A stretch of DNA of 63,146 nucleotides, counting the filler, from Octopus bimaculoides (taxonomy: Eukaryota): the NCBI RefSeq assembly GCF_001194135.2. It is 4 parts of 2 records of this genome, joined end to end, with 100 filler letters (N's around TTAATTAATTAA, not from the genome) between each part and the next. Parts side by side here need not be neighbours in the genome. Positions count along the whole stretch, not along the records: positions 1 to 10,662 come from NC_068981.1; positions 10,763 to 29,441 come from NC_068981.1; 2 more parts are not named here. One strand, given 5' to 3'. The first letter of the stretch is position 1. The number at the start of each line of letters is the position of its first letter. The notes under the pieces are model-generated. The model was not told the DNA's origin, did no database searches, and worked only from the letters and a program-made list of their open reading frames with translations. Of this stretch, positions 1 through 11,095 are shown in pieces. A program made the translations under genes and the position numbers.

Positions 1-47
<47 letters not shown>

Positions 48-332
48 AAACAGCTGGAAATATGCTCAACCAACTCCTGCTGCATCAGATGTGTACTTTA
101 CAGCTTACATATAATCGGCTTCTAGGCTGGTTGCTTGATCTATAACTCGATGTCTGGATAAATGATGAGATGATCACAGCTGAAATGTCTGTGGTGATCA
201 TAGGTCTTCTTAATCAGGACCAGCCTGGGGTTAAACAAGGCCAATGAAAACCGTAGCAACTAATACTAACAACTATGAATTAGGTAATGCAGTCTTAGAT
301 ACATTCAGGATATATAAAAAAATAATGAGATT

Positions 333-745
333 AGGCACAGGAGTGGCTGTGTAGTAAGTAGTTTGCTTACCAACCACATGGTTCCCGGTTCAGTCCCACC
401 GCATGGCACCTTGGGCAAGTGTCTTCTATTATATCCTTGGGCTGACCAAAGCCTTATCAGAGGATTTGGTAAATGGAAACTGAAAGAAGCCCGTCGTATA
501 TATGTATATATATGTATGTGTGTGTATATGTTTCTGTGTCTGTGTTTGTCCCCCCAGCATTGCTTGACAACTGATGGTGGTGTGTTTACGTACCCGTAAC
601 TTAGTGGTTCAGCAAAAGAGACGGATAGAATAAGTACTAGGCTTACAAAGAATAAGTCTTGGGGTCAATTTGCTGGACTAAAGGTGGTGCTCCAGCATGG
701 CCGCAGTCAAATGACTGAAACAAGTAAAAGAGAGTAAAAGAGAGA
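333..745 (+). mobile_element. tRNA-derived SINE, family A, near full length
   Basis: A box TGGCTGTGTAG (344-354), B box GGTTCAGTCCC (387-397), body GGGCAAGTGTCTT...GGAAACTGAAAGAAGCCCGTCG, internal TA/TG microsatellite, tail GGTGGTGCTCCAGCATGGCCGCAGTC...GAAACAAGTAAAAGA that recurs several times in the window. Confidence 0.85.
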
Positions 746-782
746 GAGATGATCATGAATGGAATAGTTTTCAACTTAGATA

Positions 783-1019
783 CAAGGTGTTCAAAAGGTC
801 TCTCCACAGTGAATTTTTTTCATCCTGCGAATCACCATGGCGCTACTTCAAGAGTTTTTCGGTGAACGGATTAATTCGAAGGGACTTTGGCCATCGAGAT
901 CACCTGATTTCACACCGCCAGACTTTTCTTTTTCTGGGGAGCAAGTAAAGGGCCAGTGTACAAGAATCATCCCAAAAACCATTAAATACTTACTGCGGAG
1001 AGACTTTGTGAACACCCTG
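783..1019 (+). mobile_element. Internally deleted Tc1/mariner element (MITE-like) with both TIRs and TA target duplication
   Basis: 27-bp imperfect TIRs at 783-809 and 993-1019, flanked by TA (781-782, 1020-1021). The interior encodes LLQEFFGERINSKGLWPSRSPDFTPPDF, matching the WPxRSPDLTPxDF transposase motif. Confidence 0.85.
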
Positions 1020-1954
1020 TATATTTGGTTAGAGCTGACCTGGGACAAAAGAGCAGAGCAGCCCACAGCAACTACTACAACTGGTGCATATTTTAAAATT
1101 TGTTGTTGTTGTTTTTGCCCTTGGTTAACCCTGATCGAGTTGGCCTATGATCAAATGCGTTTCAGCCATGATCGTTCTATCTGTTTAAGATTATCTGGGA
1201 TTATAATATTAGAAGGCAAGAAATACTTGAAGCATAGATTGGTTGCTGGGTTAAGCAAGTTGAGTAACCAGAAAGAGACACCCGCTTTGGTTTATATATT
1301 ATTATAATGTTGAGTGAGGTGGGATCTGAATGTAGAATAACAAAACTAAATGCTGAAAAGTATTCTTACACCCTATTACATTTTCTTTACCAACACCTTC
1401 ATTACTGTCACTATCAGCACCTCCACTATTAACCCGTATATGCCCATAAAAAAATGAAGTCTTAAAATTTCACTGTATTTAGATTAAACGTTATGGTAAG
1501 CTTTCAGACTTTGGAAGAAAAGGACAGTATGCAACTGTTAGCTACAGGTGTCGACTACCTACTGAACATTTCGTATGCTCAGTCAGATGCTTCCTGGCAT
1601 GTTCATTGTCCAAACAAATAAGGAGCAGGTTTTGCATTGTGAAAACACAACCAGGGGTATATATGGGTTAACACAATCACTATGAAGAACTTCACTATTG
1701 ACACAACAACATCACCACCTTCATAGATGGTGAGCTGGTAATAGACGCCAGATAGCGCTAAAAACCACTTCCATACTCCATTAGCACAGGTTGTAAGCAG
1801 ACTGATCATCATCATCGTCCGTTTTCCATGCTGGCATGGGTTGGACACACCTGTATGTGTATGAACATATGTATGTATATTTATGATTGTTTGTTTGTTA
1901 TACTAAGCACATACTGAATAATAATCACAGCCAGCTCACTTATTCGTATCTTTA

Positions 1955-2605
1955 CTTCATTGGACACTAAGCTCTGCTTGCGAAGACCTGTTGAGGCAAG
2001 TGAAATCAAAATCGAACCAAATTCGACGACTGGCATCCATGCAAACCTCTCCTTCATTGGACACTAAACTCTGCTTGTGAAGCTGTTGGGGCAAGTGAAA
2101 TCGAAATCGAAATTGTAATTGAACCATATTTGATGACTGGTACCTGTGCCAGTGGAGCACTAACAGCACCATCTGAGCGTGATCATTGCCAGAGCAGCTG
2201 TCTGGCTTCCGTGCCAGTGGCACGTAAATAGCACCATTTGTGCATGATCATTACCAGTGTCGCCTTCTTGGCACTTGTGCCGGTGGCACGTTAGAAAACA
2301 TTCGAGCGAGGTCGTTGCCAGTGCCGCTGGACTGGCTCCTGTACAGGTGGCACGTAAAAAACACCATTTTGAGCGTGGCCATTGCCAGTACCGTGTGACT
2401 GGCCCTCGTGCCGGTGGCATGTAAAAGCATCCACTACACTCTCAGAGTGGTTAGCATTAGGAAGGGCATCCAGCTGTAGAAACTATGCCAGATCAGATTG
2501 GAGCCTGGTGCAGCCATCTGGTTCACCAGTCCTCAGTCAAATCGTCCAACCCATGCTAGCATGGAAAAGGGAAGGTTAAACAATGATGATGATGATGATG
2601 ATGAT
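1955..2605 (+). mobile_element. Non-autonomous retroelement with RTE-like 3' end and (GAT)n tail (family C)
   Basis: Ends AGGAAGGGCATCCAGCTGTAGAAAC...CCAACCCATGCTAGCATGGAAAA...GTTAAACAATGATGATGAT. Has a 97-bp 5' duplication (1955 and 2052) and five ~65-bp internal repeats. An inverted copy lies at 5575-6000. Confidence 0.75.
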
Positions 2606-2974
2606 CACCAATTGTAGAGACAAAACACTATTTACTTACTTATAGTATGTGCTTATTTGAAAGTTTTACTGGTACAGACTTCTCATACCAGTCAAAACTA
2701 AGGAAACAAGTCTCGCTAATGAGCAAGTGTTTTAGACTCTGCAGCTGAGGTAAGCAGCATGCACAACAACATTAAATGAATTTATTAAGGTGAAGTCAGT
2801 ATTTAACAAGCTTCTTTTGGTGACATTTCAAAGGAAGCATTTACTATTTATATTGTATAATATATACATATATATTATATATGTATGTATGTATGTATAC
2901 ATACTTACACATGCACACACACACACATATATTTGTATATATATAATATATATATACATATAATATATATATAC

Positions 2975-3031
<57 letters not shown>

Positions 3032-3221
3032 NNNNNNNNNNNNNNNNNNNNNNNNNNNNNNNNNNNNNNNNNNNNNNNNNNNNNNNNNNNNNNNNNNNNN
3101 NNNNNNNNNNNNNNNNNNNNNNNNNNNNNNNNNNNNNNNNNNNNNNNNNNNNNNNNNNNNNNNNNNNNNNNNNNNNNNNNNNNNNNNNNNNNNNNNNNNN
3201 NNNNNNNNNNNNNNNNNNNNN

Positions 3222-3261
<40 letters not shown>

Positions 3262-3649
3262 CACACACACATACACATGCACACACATATATGTATATAT
3301 ACATACACACACATACTCACGAACAGGCACATACATGTGTGTGTGTTTGTGTGTGTGTGTGTGTGAACAGAAAAAATAAACAGCCAGTAGTTATTTTAAC
3401 AACCCTGATGAGTGAGGGCAGATGGTGGTTGGTGGTGGTGGTGGTGGTGGGAGGTGCAGGGATGACTGGCAAAGTCAATCTCGGCAGGATTTGTACTATG
3501 TACATAAACAAACCAAAAGAACTTAACTAAATACCAGAAGGCGTTTATGATGTAACTTGGCTCTTAATAGTCTCTGCCATTCCATCATTGTTCACTTGCA
3601 ACAATATTAAAATGACAACAGCAACAGCAAAATAATAATAATAATTATT

Positions 3650-3818
3650 AATCATCATCATCATAATGATGATGACAGCGATGATAGTGGGTGGGGGGGC
3701 AGTGATGATGGTGATGGTGATGATGGTGATGATGATGAAGGTGATGGTGGTGGTGGTGGTGATGATGATGACAATGACGATGATGATGATAATAGTGGTG
3801 GGGGTGTGGTGATGATGG

Positions 3819-3872
<54 letters not shown>

Positions 3873-4051
3873 CAACAAGGATGGTGATGGTGGTAGTGGT
3901 GGTGGTGATGATGATGACGACAACGATGATGATAGTGGTGGGGGTGTTGATAATGGTGATGATGATGATGATGATGATAGTGGTGGGGTGGTGATGATGA
4001 TGACAATGACGATGATGATGATAATAGTGGTGGGGGGTGTGGTGATGATGG

Positions 4052-4090
<39 letters not shown>

Positions 4091-4290
4091 CAACAAGGGT
4101 GGTGATGGTGGTAGTGGTGGTGGTGATGATGATGACGACAACGATGATGATAGTGGTGGGGGTGTTGATAATGGTGATGATGATGNNNNNNNNNNTGGTG
4201 GGGGTGTTGATAATGGTGATGATGATGATGATGATGATGATAGTGGTGGGGTGGTGATGATGATGATGATGATGATGATGATAATGGTAA
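3650..4290. repeat. Compound (GAT/GGT/GAC)n microsatellite with ~232-bp higher-order duplication
   Basis: Read directly; the ACAATGACG landmark recurs at 3771 and 4003. 10-N gap at 4186-4195. Confidence 0.9.
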
Positions 4291-4294
4291 TGAT

Positions 4295-4432
4295 CCTTTA
4301 TAGTATAAGGCACAAGGCCTGAAATTCTGGGAGAGATTTCCAGTCCATTATATTGACCCCAGTACTTGACTGGTATTTATTTTATAGATCCTGAAAGGAT
4401 GACAGACAAAGTCTGCCTTGGCAGAATTTGAA
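4295..4432 (-). mobile_element. SINE family B, 5'-truncated
   Basis: AGGCACAAGGCCTGAAATT...GACCCCAGTAC...GAAAGGATGA...GCAGAATTTGAA is the reverse complement of the family B body and tail. Confidence 0.8.
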
Positions 4433-4455
4433 TAACAATAAAAATAATAATAATG

Positions 4456-4513
<58 letters not shown>

Positions 4514-5014
4514 GTAGAGCAAAAAATTGGTATGATCACAAACCTGAAGGCATCGTCGAAATTAGAAAAGATCCTATGGGATTTTATGATTCAGTGTGAC
4601 CACGAGATAGAGAATAGGAAGCTGGACATAGTCTTAATTGAGAAAGAAAATAAACTATGCTGGATCATAGACATAGCATGCCCAGCTGGCAACACAAGGT
4701 ATGCGATAAGGAAGAAAGAAAAGTCGAGAGGTATGACAGGTTAGCTTGGGAAGTTAAGCAGTTGTGGTTGATGAAAAAGGTGGCAGTAGTGCCAAAAATT
4801 GTCGGAGCCCTGGGAACAGTGAGCAAAAATCTCAAGAAGTATGTGGAACAGATAAGGGCTGCAATAAGGGTGGAGTACTTGCAGAAAACAGCACTGCTTG
4901 GAATCGCTCAAATACTCCGGAAGGTGCTCGAAAAATAAGAGGTGTTACCTTAGTTCAGTGGTAGTGAACAGCTGACACTGTAGTACATCTCCAGCGTTAG
5001 AAGCTGTGCAAAGC
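4514..5014 (+). mobile_element. 5'-truncated R4/Dong-like non-LTR retrotransposon (restriction-like endonuclease domain plus 3' UTR), frameshifted
   Basis: Joined frames give KNWYDHKPEG / KILWDFMIQCDHEIENRKLDIVLIEKENKLCWIIDIACP / KVCDKEERKVERYDRL...VPKIVGALGTVS...LQKTALLGIAQILRKVLEK*. This is the PD-(D/E)xK endonuclease C-terminus of R4/Dong elements. Two frameshifts; (TAA)n on both sides. Confidence 0.85.
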
Positions 5015-5050
<36 letters not shown>

Positions 5051-5263
5051 CCTTTCTGGTTTAGGCACAAGGCCTGATATTTGGGGGTTGGGACTAGTCG
5101 ATCACATCGACCCCAGTGTGTTTCACTGGTACTTAATTCATCGACCCTGAAAGGATAAAAGGCAAAGTCGACCTTGACAGAATTTGAACTCAGAACATAG
5201 CAACAGGTGAAATACCGCTAAGCATTTCATCCAGTGCGCTAACAATTCTCCCAGCTTGCCACC
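5051..5263 (-). mobile_element. SINE family B, full length, CpG-decayed
   Basis: Tail through head in reverse orientation (…GAATTTGAACTCAGAAC…AATACCGCTAAGCATTTC…GCCACC); (TAA)-type runs on both sides. Confidence 0.85.
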
Positions 5264-5574
5264 TTAATAATGACAATAATAGACAATACAAAGAGCATGA
5301 TTTGACTGCAATAGATATTTATTTTGTTTGACCAATATTTCAACAGCTTGCCTGTCATTGACAAGCTCAAAATTCAAAATTATATAAACATAGAATTCTT
5401 TGTTGTCATATGAATTTGAATTTCTGTGTATCACGTTTCATTTTGAACCTGACAAAGACAGGTAAGCTGTTGAAATATCGTTCAAACCAATAGAATATCC
5501 ATTGCAATCACATCACACTCTTCATACTGTCTATTTCCCTTCATGAAGAGTTACATCAATCCTTTTAAAATATA

Positions 5575-6000
5575 TCATCATCATCGTCATTGTTTAACGT
5601 CCGCTTTCCATGCTAGCATGGGTTGGATGATTTGACTGAGGACTGGTGAACCAGATGGCTACACTAGGCTCCAATCTGATCTGGCAGAGTTTCTACAGCT
5701 GGATGCCCTTCCTAACGCCAACCACTCTGAGAGTGTAGTGGGTGCTTTTACGTGCCACCGGCACGAAGGTCAGTCAGGCGGTACTGGCAATGGCCACACT
5801 CAAGTGGTGTTTTTTACGTGCTACCTGCACAGGAGCCAGTCCAACGGCACTGGCAATGATCTCGTCGAATGTCTTTACACGTGCCACCGGCACAAGTGCC
5901 ATCACGATTTTGCTTTCGCTTGCCCCAACAGGTCTTCGCAAGCCGAGTTTAGTGTCCAATGAAGGAGACGATGTTGGCATGGGTTTCCAGTCGTCGAATT
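5575..6000 (-). mobile_element. Family C RTE-tailed element, inverted copy with three internal repeat units
   Basis: CATCATCAT…GTTTAACGTCCGCTTTCCATGCTAGCATGGGTTGG…CAGCTGGATGCCCTTCCT is the reverse complement of the 1955-2605 element. Confidence 0.8.
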
Positions 6001-6011
6001 TAGTTAATAAT

Positions 6012-6697
6012 ATAATAATATTATGGAGATGTACTTGCATAGTAGGTGACCTGATCTGAGATCGTGTGCTGAAACAAAAACAATTACAGCATGGAAGGTG
6101 TTTGTAAGCCATTTAAAAACACACAAAAAAACTATTAGATTCGCTTGAACATTTAAATTTAATAAAGATTGTTTACCAACATAACATGGCAGTCCTGGTT
6201 TAGGACTAATGTTGCTGTAATTTATCCCCAAGAAACATCGTCTCCAGCTGGCAATATGTGTGTCTTCCCATTCTGAGTTCAAATTCTGCTGAGGTCAAAT
6301 TTGTGTTTCATCCCCTTTCAAGGTTGATAAATAAAGTATAGCACACTGCACGATGTCTCCCGGGGCTAAATTACAGCAACATTAGTCCTAAACCAGGACT
6401 GCCATGTTATGTTGGCAAACAATCTTTACTACAAAGTACTGTTGCTGAATATCTCACGTTCTGAGATTTAGAAATAGTAATTTTCTAATTTAAATTTAAC
6501 CCGTTTTGAAACCGTGAGCAGTTCACTGACAAAATTCCGTGCTGCATCTCATTCTGTGCCGGATTTTATCAGTGAACAGGTCACGGTTTCAAAGCGGTGA
6601 AAATATTTTGACGAGTTAAATTTAAATGTCGAAATGAATCTAACGTTTTTTTTGTGCGTTTTTAAATGGCTTATAAACACCTTCCATGCTGCAATTA
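6012..6697. mobile_element. Two inverted copies of a Penelope-like terminal-repeat family forming an imperfect palindrome
   Basis: 6082-6162 is the inverse of 6616-6696; 6161-6240 is the inverse of 6351-6430; inner hairpin at ~6495-6600; SINE-B fragment (~6270-6340) in the loop. The Penelope assignment is inferred from the inverted-terminus layout and a hammerhead-like motif. Confidence 0.55.
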
Positions 6698-6726
6698 AAT
6701 ATAATAATAATTATGATAATAATAAT

Positions 6727-6866
6727 CTCCTCTATTATAAGCACAAGATCTGAAATTTCGAGTTGGGGGTCGGTTAATTGATTACTGCAATCCCAGTACT
6801 TGACTGATACTTATTTCATCAACCTCAAAAGGATGAAAGGCAAAGTCGACCTCACAGGAATTTGAA
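6727..6866 (-). mobile_element. SINE family B, 5'-truncated
   Basis: AAGCACAAGATCTGAAATTTC…CCCAGTACTTGACTG…GGATGAAAGGCAAAGTCGACCTC…GAATTTGAA; TAA-rich flanks. Confidence 0.8.
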
Positions 6867-7241
6867 AAGTAATAATAATAAAAATAATACCCGTAACAAT
6901 AGGTACAAAGTGAGATTCCTGGAATTAACCAATGAGGAAGTATCCATTACAATTGGTACCCTGTGTTCTAAAATAACTCTGCTTGTTGCATTGTGTATAA
7001 TTGTTCCTGCCATAGCTGTGTCTTTGAAATGTTAGTGTAGCTAACCTACCTTTACTTCGACTGATTGGTGGGTTGGGTAAAAAGATATATATCTTAACTT
7101 TAGCATGTGTGTATCTCAAATGTACTGAAGGTATATAATTACATCCCTTACTTATAAAATTCCCATTAAACCCTACTCTGATGTTCTTGATCCTCACCAC
7201 TATCTTTTCCTTGATGAAGATGGATAGATTAGATGCATTGG

Positions 7242-7281
<40 letters not shown>

Positions 7282-8506
7282 NNNNNNNNNNNNNNNNNNN
7301 NNNNNNNNNNNNNNNNNNNNNNNNNNNNNNNNNNNNNNNNNNNNNNNNNNNNNNNNNNNNNNNNNNNNNNNNNNNNNNNNNNNNNNNNNNNNNNNNNNNN
7401 NNNNNNNNNNNNNNNNNNNNNNNNNNNNNNNNNNNNNNNNNNNNNNNNNNNNNNNNNNNNNNNNNNNNNNNNNNNNNNNNNNNNNNNNNNNNNNNNNNNN
7501 NNNNNNNNNNNNNNNNNNNNNNNNNNNNNNNNNNNNNNNNNNNNNNNNNNNNNNNNNNNNNNNNNNNNNNNNNNNNNNNNNNNNNNNNNNNNNNNNNNNN
7601 NNNNNNNNNNNNNNNNNNNNNNNNNNNNNNNNNNNNNNNNNNNNNNNNNNNNNNNNNNNNNNNNNNNNNNNNNNNNNNNNNNNNNNNNNNNNNNNNNNNN
7701 NNNNNNNNNNNNNNNNNNNNNNNNNNNNNNNNNNNNNNNNNNNNNNNNNNNNNNNNNNNNNNNNNNNNNNNNNNNNNNNNNNNNNNNNNNNNNNNNNNNN
7801 NNNNNNNNNNNNNNNNNNNNNNNNNNNNNNNNNNNNNNNNNNNNNNNNNNNNNNNNNNNNNNNNNNNNNNNNNNNNNNNNNNNNNNNNNNNNNNNNNNNN
7901 NNNNNNNNNNNNNNNNNNNNNNNNNNNNNNNNNNNNNNNNNNNNNNNNNNNNNNNNNNNNNNNNNNNNNNNNNNNNNNNNNNNNNNNNNNNNNATATATA
8001 TATATATACATATATACCCTAAAGCAGAACATCAGCAACAACACCAACAGCAGAACATTTAACACCTTTACCAATCTATCAATTGTGATATAATCTTGCT
8101 TAAATCATGTTGACATTTCTTTTACACCTAGTTTTACACACAAAAACATGCACACACACACACACTCACACACACACACACATACAAGCACACTCACACA
8201 TATATACACTCACACACACAAAACATACAACATACACATACACAAACATACTCACACACACACTCTCACACAGACACATACTCACACACACATACTCACA
8301 CACACACATACTCACACACACATACATACACACACTCACACACATATACACGCACACAAACATACACACAGGCGCATAATTTTGAACATAAATACAGAAC
8401 ACAGCCAAAATACCGGCCATAATTTGTATGACATTTGCATTTGCTATAGTGCAATACAATGAAATATAGTTAATATGAAATGATATTATATAAATACATG
8501 CATATA

Positions 8507-8881
8507 TTTCACTTCCCAAGCATTAAACTAATACATTTGTTTGTTGTGTTTGTTGTCTACACCACCTGTCTTCATCTTTTGTTTTTTTGTGAATCCTCCC
8601 CATATATTACACGCTCATGTGGTTGCACCAGTTTGATCCTGTCTCTACCTCTTAACCCAACAAACTTTTCTTGGATTTTCTACACTTTCTACACTTCGGA
8701 CTTCCGGCATTCGCCATGATAGATCGCGAGCCACTACCACATTCTTTATTTTCTCTCCCTGTTTCTTTCTGTGTTCCTTTCTGTGGAAGAGCATAGGCTC
8801 AAAACGTTAAAGACTTTTTCACTTCCCGAGCGTTATACTAATACATCTGTTTGTTGTCTACACCACCTGTCTTCATCTTTT
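8507..8881 (+). mobile_element. Penelope-like or retrozyme-like tandem terminus: ~70-bp direct repeat at 310-bp period with a hammerhead relic
   Basis: TTTCACTTCCC(A/G)AGC…ACTAATACAT…CTACACCACCTGTCTTCATCTTTT occurs at 8507 and 8817; a hammerhead-like motif at 8776-8813 immediately precedes the second copy; truncated by a gap. Confidence 0.55.
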
Positions 8882-9264
8882 NNNNNNNNNNNNNNNNNNN
8901 NNNNNNNNNNNNNNNNNNNNNNNNNNNNNNNNNNNNNNNNNNNNNNNNNNNNNNNNNNNNNNNNNNNNNNNNNNNNNNNNNNNNNNNNNNNNNNNNNNNN
9001 NNNNNNNNNNNNNNNNNNNNNNNNNNNNNNNNNNNNNNNNNNNNNNNNNNNNNNNNNNNNNNNNNNNNNNNNNNNNNNNNNNNNNNNNNNNNNNNNNNNN
9101 NNNNNNNNNNNNNNNNNNNNNNNNNNNNNNNNNNNNNNNNNNNNNNNNNNNNNNNNNNNNNNNNNNNNNNNNNNNNNNNNNNNNNNNNNNNNNNNNNNNN
9201 NNNNNNNNNNNNNNNNNNNNNNNNNNNNNNNNNNNNNNNNNNNNNNNNNNNNNNNNNNNNNNNN

Positions 9265-9308
<44 letters not shown>

Positions 9309-9344
9309 GAGAGAGAGAGAGAGGAAGAGAGAGAGAGAGAAAAT

Positions 9345-9650
9345 AGTGAAACTGTTTATAGTATTATCTATAGATTATTTAAACTACTTATAGTATATCT
9401 GCAGAATGTTTATATTATTTTCTCCTATTTGTACCATACTTACAGAATATTTCAATTACTTATAAAATATTTATAGAACATCTAAACTATTTCTAATACA
9501 TCTATAGAATATTTGAATTATTTTGGGTACATCTATGGAATATATAAACTATAAACTATTTAAACTATTTATAGTATATCTCAAAAACTATTTAAACTAT
9601 TTATAGTATATCTCAAAAACTATTTAAACTATTAATCTATATCTAAAGAT
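9345..9650. repeat. Degenerate ~31-32-bp AT-rich minisatellite
   Basis: AAACTATTTATAGTATATCT… units, with near-perfect 32-bp copies at about 9556-9630. Confidence 0.7.
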
Positions 9651-10423
9651 TCTTTAATATTTCAAGGAGAAACACTTTGTTATTTATCATACATGGAATC
9701 ATGTTTTATTTAAAGATAATTGATTAAATCTGAAAATTACATCAAATTCATCTGGCTATTACTTACTCAATTAGGACATTTTTTTTTATTACCATAGTTT
9801 CATGTAATTAGCAGGCATTGTAGAGGTTTCTGGCAAAGTTGTGACTAACAACTACCCTTGCAGTGTTTACCAAAATCTGTGTCAATACCCCAACTGATTC
9901 TTATTTCAAATTGGTAATCAAGATTACAGGCAGTGCCAATATATAGGGTAGTAAATTAAATGTGGATGGAAATTTTGATACAGATTTCATTGTATTACAT
10001 TAGGCAGTTGACTAACAATGAACAGTCTATCATTTGAATATACATTAATCCTATGTAGAAACATTACTTCTCAACACAATTTTGCCTCAGTCAGACAAGC
10101 AAACAATATGTTATTATTTTATTGCTGTTTTTCTTCTCTTCTTACTTCTTTGACCAGGAAAAGGTGTGTGGTTAAGAATCTCACTTTGCAATGATATGGT
10201 TTTGGGTCCAGTCCCACTTTATGATATCTAGGACAAGTGTTTTCTACTATAGCTACAAGATGACTACACCTTGAGGCACAAAATTGTGTTTGACACTCTG
10301 GCCAATAACTGATGAGGATTTGGTGACCTTCTGTCTGTTTCCCATTTGTTTGTGCATTTTTTATGTTTTTAACTTTGATATATATATATATATATATCAT
10401 CATCATCATATATATATATATGC

Positions 10424-10662
10424 ATACATGTACGAACAACCATGCTACATGGCAGTGAAACATGGGCTGTAACTGCTGAGGACATACGTAAGCTCGCAAG
10501 GAATGAAGCCAGTATGCTCCGTTGGATGTGTAATGTCAATGTGAATACCCGTCAGAGTGTAAGTATCTTGAGAGAAAAGCTGAACATTAGAAGCATCAGT
10601 TGTGGCGTGCAAGAGAGACGATTGCGCTGGTATGGACATGTGGTGAGAATGGAGGAGGATAG
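10424..10662 (+). mobile_element. RTE-clade LINE ORF2 fragment (post-RT region), cut by a scaffold join
   Basis: MLHGSETWAVTAEDIRKLARNEASMLRWMCNV…RRLRWYGHVVRMEED matches the RTE pattern LYGSETW…MLRW…RRLRWYGHV; open frame up to the N run. Confidence 0.85.
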
Positions 10663-10762
10663 NNNNNNNNNNNNNNNNNNNNNNNNNNNNNNNNNNNNNN
10701 NNNNNNTTAATTAATTAANNNNNNNNNNNNNNNNNNNNNNNNNNNNNNNNNNNNNNNNNNNN
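10663..10762. other. Artificial scaffold linker (44N-TTAATTAATTAA-44N)
   Basis: Exactly 100 bp; the 12-mer has stops in all six frames; identical to the two other linkers. Confidence 0.95.
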
Positions 10763-11095
10763 TATATATATATATATATATATATATATTCTTCTACAGC
10801 TGCGTTTAGATTCAATATATTCATCATCATTTTATATGAGAAGCAGGTTTTGAGGCGAAAATAACTGGAGATTTTTCTTATCCCTACGTGGATTTAGTTA
10901 AGTGGACATATTGTCTAATAATCCTTTATTATACGGGTCAGCAATATGGCTACATCTTGAAGAGCTTACCGATTTCGAAAACTATTGAACACCCTGGAAT
11001 TTATAAAGCAGATATGAGTAGCATATGGGAACCGGTATTAAGGAAGGATGGAAAATATTAGATTTATGAGCCCTAAAATTCACTCCATAATTGCC

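Noticed and set aside
837-1307. 156-aa ORF as a host gene
   Set aside because: The N-terminal part is the transposase relic inside TIRs; the rest is read-through into unrelated flank.
2146-2420. CRISPR-like array
   Set aside because: The spacers are homologous to each other, the array lies inside a eukaryotic retroelement, and there are no cas genes.
3545-4313. His/Ser/Ile/Met-rich ORFs of up to 221 aa
   Set aside because: Pure (GAT/GGT)n microsatellite, open in several frames on both strands; no splice or codon evidence.
7181-8093. Long ORFs of 280-293 aa (similar ones at 18746-19666, 31889-32383, 50297-50815)
   Set aside because: Mostly N gaps translated as X, plus (TA)n.
10707-10718. 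TTAATTAATTAA as a biological motif (also at 29486 and 48538)
   Set aside because: Always centred in exactly 44+44 Ns; an assembly spacer.
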